Of a stretch of DNA of 64,000 nucleotides, positions 19,976 through 31,280 are shown piece by piece. Every line of letters begins with the position of its first letter. Positions within the stretch are counted from its first letter, which is position 1. The stretch comes from an uncultured Acidobacteriota bacterium. Its GTDB lineage: Bacteria > Acidobacteriota > B3-B38 > Guanabaribacteriales > CAZYAF01. The DNA lies in contig CAZYAF010000005.1 of NCBI GenBank assembly GCA_964645975.1, positions 98,681-162,680 on the forward strand. The letters run 5' to 3'. Both the position numbers and the translations under genes were made by a program. The notes under the pieces were generated by a model. It made no database searches. It saw only the letters and a list, made by a program, of their open reading frames with translations, and was not told the origin of the DNA.

Positions 19976-20599
19976 ATGCTAAAAGAGCTATCCATTAGTG
20001 ACTTCATGCAGAAATTGAGTTCCTCAGATCCTACACCGGGTGGAGGAAGTGCCGCAGCTTTGGCAGCCTGGCAGGGCTCATCGTTAATCATAATGTTCTG
20101 TGGATTTAGTTTAGGAAAAGAGAAATTTAAGCAATATGAGGCGGTATTACAGAAGGCAGATAAAGAGGCACGCACGTTAGCCGAACAATTAAAAAAAGCA
20201 GTTGATGAAGACACAGAGGCCTTTGATCAGGTAATGAAGGCTTTTAGGTTGCCTAAGGAGACGGATCAGGAGAAAAGCGAAAGGAAGGCAGCCATACAAA
20301 AAGCCATGCGTCGAGCTGCAGAGGTTCCACTAACCGTCAGCAAAAACTGTTTATCGTTATTGAATATTTGCCAAGACATCGTTGATAAAGGAAATCCTAA
20401 CTCTATAACAGACTTGGGGGTAGGGTGTCTTTTAGCTCATTCCGCAATGGAGGGGGCTATATTAAACGTGAAGATAAACTTATCTTCTATCAAAGATGAA
20501 GATTATGTTAATAATCTGTCACAGCAGATTAGGAATTTGAAAGCTGAAGCAAATGCAATAAAATCTGACGTTTTAGCTAAGGTAGAAGAACTAATATAA
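19976..20599 (+). CDS. Formiminotetrahydrofolate cyclodeaminase / cyclohydrolase family protein
   Basis: PTPGGGSAAA, D.D.EAF, VPL, GNPNSITDLGVG, A.LNVKINL. Confidence 0.9.
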   Translation: MLKELSISDFMQKLSSSDPTPGGGSAAALAAWQGSSLIIMFCGFSLGKEKFKQYEAVLQKADKEARTLAEQLKKAVDEDTEAFDQVMKAFRLPKETDQEKSERKAAIQKAMRRAAEVPLTVSKNCLSLLNICQDIVDKGNPNSITDLGVGCLLAHSAMEGAILNVKINLSSIKDEDYVNNLSQQIRNLKAEANAIKSDVLAKVEELI

Positions 20600-20664
20600 A
20601 AATACCTTGCCAGAAGTTTGCTTTATGTAAAAGTTTAAAGCATTCAATTGCGCAAAATAATAAA

Positions 20665-22833
20665 TTAATTAATATATCCTAAAGCCTTTAACTTTTGCCT
20701 GAACTCCTGACTTAATTCTGGTGGTTTTATTTTTTCATTTTTTGATAGTGTTTTTGAAAGCCTTTCTGAGTCTTCCAATAATTTCATAAGCTGGTTGTGC
20801 ATTGATGAAGTGATTTCAGGAAGTTGCTTATGTATATCTTTCAGCTCAGCCGAATCATTTTGCAAATTATATAATTCCCTTTTTTGAGATTCTGTAAAAT
20901 ATATATATTTATAGGAGTTATCAATCAGGGCTTTTTTCTCTTCATAATAATGCATATATTCGCTAATGAGCGCTCTATCATAACAGTTTGTACCCAAGAT
21001 TAAGGGCATCAGGTTATCGCCATGAGCTGGTCCTTTATAATTGATTTTCAAGATATCCAGGATTGTCGGAAAAATATCAATAAGTCTAACTTGTTCTTTA
21101 ATAATTTTCTTATTTAATCCGCTTTTTTCATTAAAATTGAATATTAACGGCACATGAAGCAATTCATTAAAGAGCGTATGTCCATGCTGTACGAAACCAT
21201 GTTCCCAGAATTCTTCACCATGGTCGCTTGTCAGTATGATTATGGATGAGTCGAGAATATCAAGATCTTTCAACTTTTGTATTAGCTTTCCAATTTCATC
21301 ATCAACGAATTTGATTTCTGCATTATATAATAATTTCAAATAATTCTTATCTTCTAAATTTAAATTTAATGCTCCTGCTTTGATCCGATCAATGCTGTTC
21401 TTTAGATCTTCGTTTAAAAGCTTTCCCTGATAATTTAGATTTTTTTTGTATTTCTCTGGTGGAGAATAGGAATCGTGAGGATCAATATAATGAATCCATA
21501 AAAATATTTGATTTTTACCATGGTTTTCTAAAAATCTGTTAGCCTTGTTAGTAACTATATTGGCCGGAGTATAGAAAGAAGAGTACTTTCTTTCTTTATA
21601 AAACTTGAAACAGAATAGGCTGAGTGTACGTGCTTCAGTATTTGGCTCAAGGTCGAGATTTTCAAAATATGTAAATCCGTCAGCAAAGCCAAATTTTTTA
21701 TCGAGCCATAAATTTGTAACAATTGCACTTGTTAAGTAGCCATTTTCACTCAATATCTTTGCCATAGTGGGAATTGAAGGAATAATTCTTCCCCATCTTT
21801 TTTCACTTCCATTCCAAATTATTTCTCCTGCTTTATGAGTTGATGGATAGAGACCTGTCAGTATAGAAGCAACAGAAGGTGTTGTCCAAGGAGATTGGCT
21901 TATTGCTTTTTCGAAAAGGATTCCATCCACTGCAAGACTATCAATATTTGATGTCTTTATCAGATTATTTCCATAACAACTTAAAGAATCAGCTCTCAAG
22001 GTATCTATTGTAATTAGAATTATATTAGGCTTATTTTTATTTGTTTTTGCATAATCTTCTATGGATTTTGCGTCGGGTTTATCATAGCTAATTTTTATAA
22101 AAAGAGTAACTGCACCTAAAAACACAAATAATGAAAAAATAAATACTATTTTTTTCTTTACAGAAAAAGTATGGCCTTTTATAGTAGCTAAAGCAAACTG
22201 CGAGAGTAAAAATATGAATCCAAACAATAATAAAGAGCCGGCTAATAAAATAGCATTTATTAATATAAAAGTCTTAATATGAGAAAAAGTGTCATAAAGA
22301 TTGTTCAGATATATTCCGCCAATAATTAATACACTTGCTGAACATGTTAAAGCTGCATAAAACGGTAATAAAAGATTTTTTTTATCAAAATATTTTAGCC
22401 ATGTATATAAAGCTATTAGAAGAAGCGAAGATAGTGCTATTGTGCCTATATTTATTATTATATCCTCTGATAAACTTGTAGGTGTTAAGAACAATTTACT
22501 TATTATGAAAGGGAATAACCCATAAAATTTGATATAAAAATAAGAAATAAAAAAAATAAAAAAAGCGGAGAAGAAGGATTTTATGTTTAATTTGTCAATC
22601 CATTTTTGCCTAAACTTATACAAAATCAACAACGCTAAAGTTAATGTTAGTGCAAGAAATATGCTTACATAAGCGTAAACATAAAGTGATTGTAGGAAAG
22701 TATCAATGTTGAAATTAGATCCCCCTAATAGATATATTGAATACTCAGTCAAGCAAAAGATTACTCCTCCTATGATTACAAATACAATGCCTTTTAAAGA
22801 ATTTTTTATAAATTGTATAGTTTTCATCTGCAT
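20665..22833 (-). CDS. Membrane-anchored sulfatase-like hydrolase/transferase
   Basis: N-terminal TM region; PNIILITIDTLRAD, SPWTTPSVASILTGLYP, HYIDPH, TSDHGEEF, LKALGY. Confidence 0.88.
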   Translation of the reverse strand: MQMKTIQFIKNSLKGIVFVIIGGVIFCLTEYSIYLLGGSNFNIDTFLQSLYVYAYVSIFLALTLTLALLILYKFRQKWIDKLNIKSFFSAFFIFFISYFYIKFYGLFPFIISKLFLTPTSLSEDIIINIGTIALSSLLLIALYTWLKYFDKKNLLLPFYAALTCSASVLIIGGIYLNNLYDTFSHIKTFILINAILLAGSLLLFGFIFLLSQFALATIKGHTFSVKKKIVFIFSLFVFLGAVTLFIKISYDKPDAKSIEDYAKTNKNKPNIILITIDTLRADSLSCYGNNLIKTSNIDSLAVDGILFEKAISQSPWTTPSVASILTGLYPSTHKAGEIIWNGSEKRWGRIIPSIPTMAKILSENGYLTSAIVTNLWLDKKFGFADGFTYFENLDLEPNTEARTLSLFCFKFYKERKYSSFYTPANIVTNKANRFLENHGKNQIFLWIHYIDPHDSYSPPEKYKKNLNYQGKLLNEDLKNSIDRIKAGALNLNLEDKNYLKLLYNAEIKFVDDEIGKLIQKLKDLDILDSSIIILTSDHGEEFWEHGFVQHGHTLFNELLHVPLIFNFNEKSGLNKKIIKEQVRLIDIFPTILDILKINYKGPAHGDNLMPLILGTNCYDRALISEYMHYYEEKKALIDNSYKYIYFTESQKRELYNLQNDSAELKDIHKQLPEITSSMHNQLMKLLEDSERLSKTLSKNEKIKPPELSQEFRQKLKALGYIN

Positions 22834-23053
22834 AATTCTCCTCTACTTAGACTTTGAAAGATTCTCCTGAATATTATCATATTACTGTTTACTCAGTTCT
22901 GATAACTTACAGATGCTATATGGGTAAAAAATCTCGGACAAGGATATTTTGCGCTACTTTTGCTTCAAATTGCCTGTGAACATATCGACTTTATAGATGC
23001 ATATGATAAGCAGTCAAAAACTATAAAGCTTACCAAACAGGCATGAAGCTTTG

Positions 23054-23422
23054 CTAAAAGATAGGATTTTCATGCTTGGGTGTAAAGTGGCGTTTGAAGG
23101 TATAAACAGGAGTCACAACCTCGATATAATAATCCACCTCAATAGTTACATAGCTGGCATTTAGTTCTACTTTGATATTATCCCTCGTAATATTTAGCTC
23201 AAGTTCTCTGGCCTTGTCGATAAGATTCCTTTTAATAACATCTTCATAACCGGGTCTTCCTTTGGCCGCTCTGGCTTCTTTTTTTACTTCTTCAGTGAAC
23301 TTATACGATTTATGAAAGGTAGGGAAAAATTTTACCATCAGGTAGACTAAAAGGAATAAGATGATTATTACGATAATAGTCTGCAGAGCACCTTTACCTT
23401 TTTCGCTTCTTAAAGCAATCAT
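23054..23422 (-). CDS. DUF4845-like membrane-anchored protein with pilin-like N-terminus
   Basis: Basic N-terminus, G, hydrophobic helix, P; downstream of lepB as DUF4845 genes often are. Confidence 0.55.
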   Translation of the reverse strand: MIALRSEKGKGALQTIIVIIILFLLVYLMVKFFPTFHKSYKFTEEVKKEARAAKGRPGYEDVIKRNLIDKARELELNITRDNIKVELNASYVTIEVDYYIEVVTPVYTFKRHFTPKHENPIF

Positions 23423-23481
23423 CTAATGATTACCTCCATTTTTTTGATTCTAAATAGGAAAACATTATTAAAATAGTTTAA

Positions 23482-24168
23482 TTAGCGAATAAGTTTAAAA
23501 GTTCGGTCCCACCGTGTTTTGGTAAAAAAGTGCACAATAACATTGAATATATTTTTAATCCTATCAGATAAACGAGTACGCAGATAAGCACCTCTTTCTA
23601 TCTCAAAAGACCAATATATTATTATAGCTTTTCCTTTAATAAGGTTGCGAGGAACAAAGCCCCAGTATCTACTATCTCGGCTATTATCCCTGTTATCTCC
23701 TAATACAAAATAGCAATTATCTGGGACCTTAACGGGTCCATAATTCTCATTTCTGGACCTAAAGGAAGGATATTTATGAAATTTATAATCCTCTATTATT
23801 GGATTGTCATTAATATATACTTGTTTACCTCTTATTTGTACTTTTTCTCCTGGCAATCCGATAACCCGCTTTATAAAATCTCTGGTGGGGTCTTCAGGAT
23901 ATTTGAAGACAATTACATTGCCCCTCTTAATATCTTTTACCGGGAGTATCTTTTTTTCTAAGTTTGTGTAAGTAGGGGCAAAAGCAAATTTGTTGGCTAT
24001 TATATGATCACCTATGAGGAGATTATCCTCCATGGAGCCAGTGGGTATTTTAAAAGCCTGAAATACGAATGCATTAACAAATAAAGCCAATATTACCGCA
24101 ATAATTATTGTTTCAATATATTCGCGTATTACTGATTTTTTTATTTCCTTTTTTTCTTCTTCTCCCAT
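23482..24168 (-). CDS. lepB: Signal peptidase I (copy 2)
   Basis: IPTGSM (Ser), FIKRVIGLPG (Lys), GDNRDNSRDSRYWG. Confidence 0.96.
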   Translation of the reverse strand: MGEEEKKEIKKSVIREYIETIIIAVILALFVNAFVFQAFKIPTGSMEDNLLIGDHIIANKFAFAPTYTNLEKKILPVKDIKRGNVIVFKYPEDPTRDFIKRVIGLPGEKVQIRGKQVYINDNPIIEDYKFHKYPSFRSRNENYGPVKVPDNCYFVLGDNRDNSRDSRYWGFVPRNLIKGKAIIIYWSFEIERGAYLRTRLSDRIKNIFNVIVHFFTKTRWDRTFKLIR

Positions 24169-24435
24169 AGTGCAAAAGCCTCCCCTTAGCTTTATTTTCT
24201 AAGAATATGATTATATCATCAAATTCTTTTTTTATCCAGCCTCTTAGATATAAAATCATGATTTTATGAACAGCTATTTATGAGCCATCAATTATAGCAA
24301 GAAAAGCCTGTTATACAAAGCCTTATGCTCTATACAATTCAATGAAAAAAATAGAGTGTAGGAATTATAATATTATGAGGCAAGATAAGATCTGCGCTTT
24401 TTAAAACAATTTATGATTATACTATTTGCAATAAC

Positions 24436-25122
24436 TTAGCGAATAAGCTTAAATGTTCGATTCCAGCGAGTTCGGCTAAAAAAATGGATAATTATGTTAG
24501 CTATATTCTTTAATTTTTCATCTAAACCTTTGCGCAGATAAGCTCCCCTTTCTATTTCGAAAGACCACCAAATCAATAAACCTCTGCCTTTAACCAGACT
24601 GTGAGGAACCACTCCCCAGTAACGGCTGTCTCGACTGATATCCCGATTATCGCCCATAACAAAATAACAATTCGCAGGAACCATCACAGGCCCAAAGGTA
24701 TAATCCTTGCTGCTAAATGATGGGTATTTATGAATCTTATAATCTTCCACTAAGGGTTGATCATTTATATAAACCTGATTGCCTTTTATATGCAATTTCT
24801 CTCCGGGTAACCCGATAACTCGTTTGATCAAGGTTAAATTCAAATCCTCCGGACACTTTAATACTATTACATCACTCCTTTTAATTGTTTTAATAGGGAG
24901 CAATCGCTTCTCTAAAGACCAAGCAGTAGGGGCAAAAACAAATTTATTGGCTATTAAATGATCACCGATTAGTAGATTATCCTCCATTGAGCCGGTCGGG
25001 ATTTTATAATTTTGAAAAACAAAGGTATTTACAAAGAGAGCCAATATAACAGCAATAATAATAGTCTCGATATATTCACGTATTACTGACTTCTTTAGTC
25101 CCTTATTTTCTTTTTCTCCCAT
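24436..25122 (-). CDS. lepB: Signal peptidase I (copy 1)
   Basis: IPTGSM, LIKRVIGLPG, GDNRDISRDSRYWG; same length (228 aa) as its neighbour. Confidence 0.95.
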   Translation of the reverse strand: MGEKENKGLKKSVIREYIETIIIAVILALFVNTFVFQNYKIPTGSMEDNLLIGDHLIANKFVFAPTAWSLEKRLLPIKTIKRSDVIVLKCPEDLNLTLIKRVIGLPGEKLHIKGNQVYINDQPLVEDYKIHKYPSFSSKDYTFGPVMVPANCYFVMGDNRDISRDSRYWGVVPHSLVKGRGLLIWWSFEIERGAYLRKGLDEKLKNIANIIIHFFSRTRWNRTFKLIR

Positions 25123-25221
25123 AGCATATACGCCTTTTTAATTTGATTATTTACTTCAATAAAATAAAACCCTCTATTCCTATTTTATCATTCAACCTAT
25201 TTTTGGCAAGAATATCAAAAA

Positions 25222-27021
25222 TTATTGTTTAGATTTTAAAAGAGCCAGAAATGCTTCCTGAGGAATGTCAACCTTGCCAATACGTTTCATCCGTTTTTTG
25301 CCTTCTTTTTGCCTTTCCAGCAACTTTCTCTTTCGTGTGATATCTCCTCCGTAGCATTTTGCAATAACATTCTTGCGTATCGCTTTTATAGTTTCTCGGG
25401 CGATCACTTTCCTCCCTATTGCTGCCTGGAGAACTACCTCAAAGAGCTGCCGAGGAATAACCTCTTTCATCCTGGAAACAAGCTCCCGCCCTCTATTATA
25501 CGCTTTTTGCTTATGGATTACGAAGGATAAAGCATCTACCGGCTGTTGATTCACCAGTATATCCAGCTTAACCAGGTCAGCCGGTCGAAAACTTGAATAT
25601 TTATAATCCAATGAAGCATAACCACGAGATACAGATTTTAGCTTATCATAGAAATCAAAGATAATTTCATTGAGAGGGAGCTGGTAAATAATCAGAACCC
25701 TCCTTTGAGAAAGGTATTCAATCCTTTTCTGTTCACCCCTTCTTTCTTCAGCCAACTTCAATATCTGACCAATATAGGTATCATCCGTTATAATGGTAGC
25801 ATTGATATATGGTTCCTCAATGACCGCTATAGAGCCTTCTTCAGGAAATTTAGCCGGATTATCTACCTCAAACTCTTCTCCCGTTTTGGTTACTACTCGA
25901 TACCGCACTCCGGGAGCTGTGGAGATTAAATCAAGGCCAAACTCTCTTTCCAGACGCTGTTGAATGATTTCCATATGAAGAAGACCAAGGAAGCCGCAGC
26001 GAAAACCAAAGCCAAGAGCAGTCGACGACTCAGGTTCGAAAGTAAACGATGAATCGTTGAGCCTTAGTTTTTCTAATGCATCACGTAAAGCTTCAAATTG
26101 AGAGGTATTAGCGGGATATAATCCACAATAAACCATAGGCTTAACTTCTTTGAAACCGGGGAATGGCTTCGCTGTCGGTCTTTTATCTTCAGTTACTGTA
26201 TCGCCAATTTTTGTATCGCTTATCTCTTTTATACCTGCTGCCACCCAACCAACCTCTCCCACAGAAAGTTCCTCCACCGGTGTCATCTTTGGAGTGAAAA
26301 TTCCTACCTGACTCACCTCATAGCTGCGATTTGTTGACATGAGTCTAATACGATTCCCCGGAGTAATACTTCCATCCACTACCCTTACCAGAATGATTGC
26401 TCCTTGATAGGGATTAAACCAGGAATCAAAAATGAGTGCTTTCAACGGCTTTTCATAGGAGCCTTCAGGTGGCTTGATGCGTAAAATTATTGCCTCCATT
26501 ACATCCTTGACTCCCCATCCCTCTTTGGCGCTCACCTCAAGACACTCGCTGGAATCTAATCCGATGAAATTCTCCAGCTGCTCCTTTACTCGATCGACAT
26601 CGGCGGTTTGGAGATCAATTTTATTTATAACAGGAATAAGAGTAAGGTCGTGATCAACTGCCATATACGTATTAGCTAAGGTTTGTGCCTCAACTCCCTG
26701 AGCTGCATCTACTACCAAAAGAACTCCTTCGCATGCTGCTAAACTGCGGGAAACCTCATAATTAAAGTCAACATGGCCGGGTGTATCAATAAGATTTAAT
26801 ATATATTTCTCACCATCATTGGCAGTATAGTTGAGCCTTACAGAATGGGACTTGATGGTAATACCTCGCTCGCGCTCCAAATCCATATCATCGAGCACTT
26901 GATCCATCATTTCACGAGGAGATAATGCCCCGGTGAGCTCCAGCAAGCGGTCGGCCAGAGTCGATTTACCATGGTCAATATGTGCAATTATTGAAAAATT
27001 ACGTATATTTTGAGGTTTCAT
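25222..27021 (-). CDS. lepA: Elongation factor 4
   Basis: [50 protein letters not shown]; likely ATG 27021 overlapping the ROK stop. Confidence 0.99.
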   Translation of the reverse strand: MKPQNIRNFSIIAHIDHGKSTLADRLLELTGALSPREMMDQVLDDMDLERERGITIKSHSVRLNYTANDGEKYILNLIDTPGHVDFNYEVSRSLAACEGVLLVVDAAQGVEAQTLANTYMAVDHDLTLIPVINKIDLQTADVDRVKEQLENFIGLDSSECLEVSAKEGWGVKDVMEAIILRIKPPEGSYEKPLKALIFDSWFNPYQGAIILVRVVDGSITPGNRIRLMSTNRSYEVSQVGIFTPKMTPVEELSVGEVGWVAAGIKEISDTKIGDTVTEDKRPTAKPFPGFKEVKPMVYCGLYPANTSQFEALRDALEKLRLNDSSFTFEPESSTALGFGFRCGFLGLLHMEIIQQRLEREFGLDLISTAPGVRYRVVTKTGEEFEVDNPAKFPEEGSIAVIEEPYINATIITDDTYIGQILKLAEERRGEQKRIEYLSQRRVLIIYQLPLNEIIFDFYDKLKSVSRGYASLDYKYSSFRPADLVKLDILVNQQPVDALSFVIHKQKAYNRGRELVSRMKEVIPRQLFEVVLQAAIGRKVIARETIKAIRKNVIAKCYGGDITRKRKLLERQKEGKKRMKRIGKVDIPQEAFLALLKSKQ

Positions 27022-27989
27022 TCGCCGATATATCCTGTGCATTTAGCTGCCAGTAAAGCAGCTCCAAGGAGCCCCGCATGCTCTCCCAATCGGGAAAGCT
27101 CGACGGTGACGGATTGGAAAGAACCTTTTATTGCTCTCTTCTCCAGTTCTTTTAAAGCCGAAGGCAAGATAAAGCCGAAGGCTTTCATTACTTTTCCCCC
27201 GAGCACAATAAGCTCTAAATTTAAAAGATTGACAACATTCGCCATAGCCAGCCCAAGGGTCTTCCCGGTTTCCTGCAATATTCGAATTGCAAGGGCATCT
27301 CCTTTGAGCGCTTCCTTATGGACTAATTCTGCACTCATGTGCTCCGAATTATAGGAATTCAGGCTGGAGCACTGACCTTGATCTATATATTGTATTGCAC
27401 GATTTGCTATGCCAGTACCGGATACGATGGTCTCCAGACAACCGAAATTTCCACAACCACATTTGATTCCATCAGGCTCCATAGTGATATGCCCCAATTC
27501 TCCCCCAAATCCCTTGGCTCCATGCCATATTTCACCTTTCAATATAAGGCCACTCCCTAATCCTGTGCCTATGGTAATAAATATAAGGTTCTCCACCTCT
27601 TTTCCCCAGCCAATGATTTTTTCTGCTAATGCTGCAGCATTGGCATCATTTTCAATGAAAAATGGAAGATTGACTTTACGCTCTATCTGTTTCTGGAGAT
27701 TCACTCCATTTAAAATCTGCAGATTAGGCGATTCTTCTAATGTATTAGTATTAAAATTGATAAATCCTGGAATGCCAAAACCTAAAGCTTCAATTTTATC
27801 CTGAGAAAATATAGTGAGTAACCGATTAATTAGATTACCTATTTGGTTGAAAAAAGATTCAAGATCGTCGTCATTAATTTTTTCTTCTAATAAATGCTTT
27901 ATCTCCCCACGTATATTTACAATAGCAGCTCTAATGTTGGTACCCCCGATATCCAATCCTAAAAACAATTTATCATTTTTTTTTGTCAT
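27018..27989 (-). CDS. ROK family sugar kinase (glucokinase-like)
   Basis: [38 protein letters not shown]. Confidence 0.92.
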   Translation of the reverse strand: MTKKNDKLFLGLDIGGTNIRAAIVNIRGEIKHLLEEKINDDDLESFFNQIGNLINRLLTIFSQDKIEALGFGIPGFINFNTNTLEESPNLQILNGVNLQKQIERKVNLPFFIENDANAAALAEKIIGWGKEVENLIFITIGTGLGSGLILKGEIWHGAKGFGGELGHITMEPDGIKCGCGNFGCLETIVSGTGIANRAIQYIDQGQCSSLNSYNSEHMSAELVHKEALKGDALAIRILQETGKTLGLAMANVVNLLNLELIVLGGKVMKAFGFILPSALKELEKRAIKGSFQSVTVELSRLGEHAGLLGAALLAAKCTGYIGE

Positions 27990-28036
27990 TTTATATTTTA
28001 TTTAGTTATATTATAAATTTTCAAATTATTATTTCC

Positions 28037-29050
28037 TCATTTTAATATCAAATTTGGGTCTGCATCTAAATCAAGTGCAGAACGCTCTCCTTGCCTTAGT
28101 TTGAAATATCCCAGGGAAGCAATCATAGCTGCATTATCAGTAGAAAGTATTGGACTGGGATAGTAAAACTGTTTACCGGTATTTTCTGCTAACGATTTAA
28201 GCTCTTTTCTCAGCAGGCGATTACACGCCACACCACCGGAAATTGAAATAGACTTAACTTTACATTTTTTGAGCGCTGCTCTTATTTTTTTAATCAAAGT
28301 CTTAATAACAGTGTACTGAAAGCTGGCAGCAATATCGTAAATATTTTCTTCGCTTAAATCCTCAGCTTTTTTCATGTTTTTTTGTACATAGCGTACGACA
28401 GCAGTTTTGATACCGCTGAAGCTAAAATCAAGACTACCATCACTTATTTTTGCTATGGGAAAGCGAATAGCTTTAGAATTGCCTTTATCAGATATATCGT
28501 CAATAATTGGACCGCCAGGATAGCCGAGTTCAAGCAGCTTAGCTACTTTATCAAATGCTTCTCCAGCAGCATCATCCCGATGGCGTCCAACTACTTTATA
28601 AATACCCCATTCAGGCATGTAGAAAAGAGTTGTATGACCGCCAGATACTACCAGAGTCAAAGCAGGCAATTCTACATCCTGATGCTGCAAAAAAACCGAT
28701 TGAATATGGCCCTCAATATGATTTATTCCTATTAGCGGCTTCTTAAATGCATATGCCAAAGCTTTTGCGAAGGAGAGACCCACCAATAAAGAGCCTACAA
28801 GACCGGGACCATAGGTAACAGCGAATGCATCAACCTCATTTAATTTGACGCCCGCTTTTTTTAAAGCTAATTCTACTACTGGTTGTATATTCTGGATATG
28901 GTGTCGAGAAGCTAATTCAGGAACCACACCTCCATATTCTTTGTGCACATCTATCTGGGAAGATATAATACTGGAAAGTATTTTATTCCCATTTTCTACT
29001 ACAGCGGCTGCTGTTTCATCGCAAGATGTTTCTATTCCCAAAACAAGCAT
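28037..29050 (-). CDS. tsaD: tRNA N6-adenosine threonylcarbamoyltransferase
   Basis: LGIETSCDETA, GGVVPELASR.H, GPGL.GSL, NHIEGH, SGGHT, DDAAGEAFDK, TDNAAMI. Confidence 0.98.
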   Translation of the reverse strand: MLVLGIETSCDETAAAVVENGNKILSSIISSQIDVHKEYGGVVPELASRHHIQNIQPVVELALKKAGVKLNEVDAFAVTYGPGLVGSLLVGLSFAKALAYAFKKPLIGINHIEGHIQSVFLQHQDVELPALTLVVSGGHTTLFYMPEWGIYKVVGRHRDDAAGEAFDKVAKLLELGYPGGPIIDDISDKGNSKAIRFPIAKISDGSLDFSFSGIKTAVVRYVQKNMKKAEDLSEENIYDIAASFQYTVIKTLIKKIRAALKKCKVKSISISGGVACNRLLRKELKSLAENTGKQFYYPSPILSTDNAAMIASLGYFKLRQGERSALDLDADPNLILK

Positions 29051-29055
29051 AACGT

Positions 29056-30099
29056 TTAAGCATTAGCAGTAAAAAGTTTGTTAATTTCCTTCTTATAGTT
29101 ACCCTCAATTACCTTTTTTTCAGTAATGATTGCAGAAATATAGCTATGCGGTGTTACATCAAAGGCGGGATAAGCCACTTTAACTTTTGACGGAGCTATA
29201 AGCCTGTCTTGTACATAAATAACCTCTCGAGAATCCCTCTCCTCGATTGGAATATGTTCGCCGGAGGGACAGTTTGGATCAATGGTTGATAAAGGAGCAG
29301 CTATATAGAAGGGTATTTTGTGCTCTTTTGCTAAAACAGCTAAACTGTAAGTCCCTATTTTATTTGCTACATCACCATTGGCAGCTATGCGGTCGGCACC
29401 AACAATAACAAGATTAATCTCGCCGCTCTTCATAAAGTGTCCCGCCATGTTATCAGTTATCAGAGTTACAGGGATTCCTTCCTTCATGAGTTCCCAGGTG
29501 GTTAGCCGTGCTCCCTGTAGATAAGGCCTGGTCTCATCAGCAAAAACCTTAATCTTCTTTCCCTGCTGCCAGGCAGCTCTAACAACTCCAAGAGCTGTAC
29601 CAAATCCGGCAGTTGCCAGCGCTCCTGCATTGCAATGGGTAAGTATGGTGTCTCCACACCTGATAAAATGACTTCCATTTGATCCAATGCTTTCATTGAT
29701 CTTTAAATCTTCTTCATAAATGTTGAGAGCTTCCTCTTTCATGAGCTGCTTAATCTCTGCCAGGCTTTTATCCTCAATGCTTTCATATAGTTTTTTCATG
29801 CGTTCAATAGCCCAGAAGAGGTTTATTGCTGTAGGTCTCGTTTGAGCAAAAAGCTGACATATCTCATCAAATTTCTGGCGTCGTACTGCTTTATCTTCAT
29901 CTTCAAAGGCTTGTACACCTAAGGCAATACCCATGGCAGCAGCAACACCAATGGCTGGAGCTCCTCTGATTACCATATCTTTAATTGCAGAAGCCACCTC
30001 ATCACAACAACTATATGTTTCATAAACCTCCTCTGTTGGCAACCTTCTTTGGTCAAGCATGACAACGCAGCCATCTCGCCATTCAATGGTCTTAAACAC
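29056..30099 (-). CDS. mtnA: S-methyl-5-thioribose-1-phosphate isomerase
   Basis: [56 protein letters not shown]; GTG start. Confidence 0.97.
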   Translation of the reverse strand: MFKTIEWRDGCVVMLDQRRLPTEEVYETYSCCDEVASAIKDMVIRGAPAIGVAAAMGIALGVQAFEDEDKAVRRQKFDEICQLFAQTRPTAINLFWAIERMKKLYESIEDKSLAEIKQLMKEEALNIYEEDLKINESIGSNGSHFIRCGDTILTHCNAGALATAGFGTALGVVRAAWQQGKKIKVFADETRPYLQGARLTTWELMKEGIPVTLITDNMAGHFMKSGEINLVIVGADRIAANGDVANKIGTYSLAVLAKEHKIPFYIAAPLSTIDPNCPSGEHIPIEERDSREVIYVQDRLIAPSKVKVAYPAFDVTPHSYISAIITEKKVIEGNYKKEINKLFTANA

Positions 30100-30326
30100 C
30101 GCTCCTGCCTCCTATTAAACCACTTATTAACGTCATTATTCGAATATAATATTTATTAAATAGTTTATATTTCAAAAAGATATTATAACATAATGCCCTT
30201 TCATTCAAAGCACAATTTCCATGCAGCTTAAATTAGGTGAAATTATCTGTTAGGAGGATAATTATGCCTATATTAGTTCTGAATAAATTTCGTGAACTAA
30301 ATAAGTACTTAAAAAAGCTGATGGTA

Positions 30327-31280
30327 TTAAGAGGAAGAAGATGAATTAATCCTCTTTTTGAGGGAAATAATCTTCGGCTGATCAGGCTTTAAAGAAAGTG
30401 ATTTATTCACCAGCTCTAAGGCCCTGGAACTCTTACTTTGAAGATAATATATCCGTGCTAATTGGTTAAGTACATCTAAATCGTCAGGTTTCTCTATTCG
30501 AGCTCGTTCTAAATACTTTATAGCATCATCAAATCGCTTCAGTGCGCAAAGGCTGTGACCCATATGCCACAAGAATTCGTATTCTCTTGGATGCGTAACA
30601 AGTTGAGGCTCTAATAATGTAACAACTTTATTAAATTGCCCCTGCTGATAATAAATTTTTGCTAATAAGGAAACACCGGCAACAAAATCAGGCCGTTCTT
30701 TCAATATGCTCTCTAAAGTTTCAATTGCTTGCTTTATTTGACTGTTTCGCAGGTATTGCTGGGTCTTGATGTATTTATGTGCTGGAGATGTGAAAGGTGC
30801 GGTACCTTTCGTTATAATCCAGGGACTATTTTTTTCTTTTACTACCTCAAAAGCCTTTTCATCGCTCCAGGAAAGCAATTTATTATTATCATAAAGTTTT
30901 ATAATAAGCTCGTAGTTTCCTAAGTTAAGACCAGCTAAATCTATTGCTTGAATCAAAGGAAGGGTTCCTTCTTCCATAGTACCCATACCTAATTCAGCTA
31001 TAGATTGTGTTTGCTGGCGAATTAACTCACCCTTCTGCTTGATGTCATATTTTACCAGCAAATGCATCGGATTGAGCGAAACAGCCTGTACAGGAAAAAT
31101 AATCTGTGTATATACAATAAGCTTTTCGTCTGGTATAAAGCAGGAATTAAGAGCAGGATGAACCACAACATTAGAAAATTGGAATGGTTTTATATACTGC
31201 ATCGGGTTACCAGAAATATCTTCTAATGCATTTCCTAAAAGTACCGGATAAAAAAAAAGGATAATTATGCTTTTTTTCAT
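30327..31280 (-). CDS. C-terminal part (Ig-like + TPR) of the GWxTD protein, separated by a frameshift
   Basis: TPR repeats; overlaps the upstream ORF by 74 bp across a T9 run (plus-strand A 31250-31258). Confidence 0.7.
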   Translation of the reverse strand: MKKSIIILFFYPVLLGNALEDISGNPMQYIKPFQFSNVVVHPALNSCFIPDEKLIVYTQIIFPVQAVSLNPMHLLVKYDIKQKGELIRQQTQSIAELGMGTMEEGTLPLIQAIDLAGLNLGNYELIIKLYDNNKLLSWSDEKAFEVVKEKNSPWIITKGTAPFTSPAHKYIKTQQYLRNSQIKQAIETLESILKERPDFVAGVSLLAKIYYQQGQFNKVVTLLEPQLVTHPREYEFLWHMGHSLCALKRFDDAIKYLERARIEKPDDLDVLNQLARIYYLQSKSSRALELVNKSLSLKPDQPKIISLKKRINSSSSS

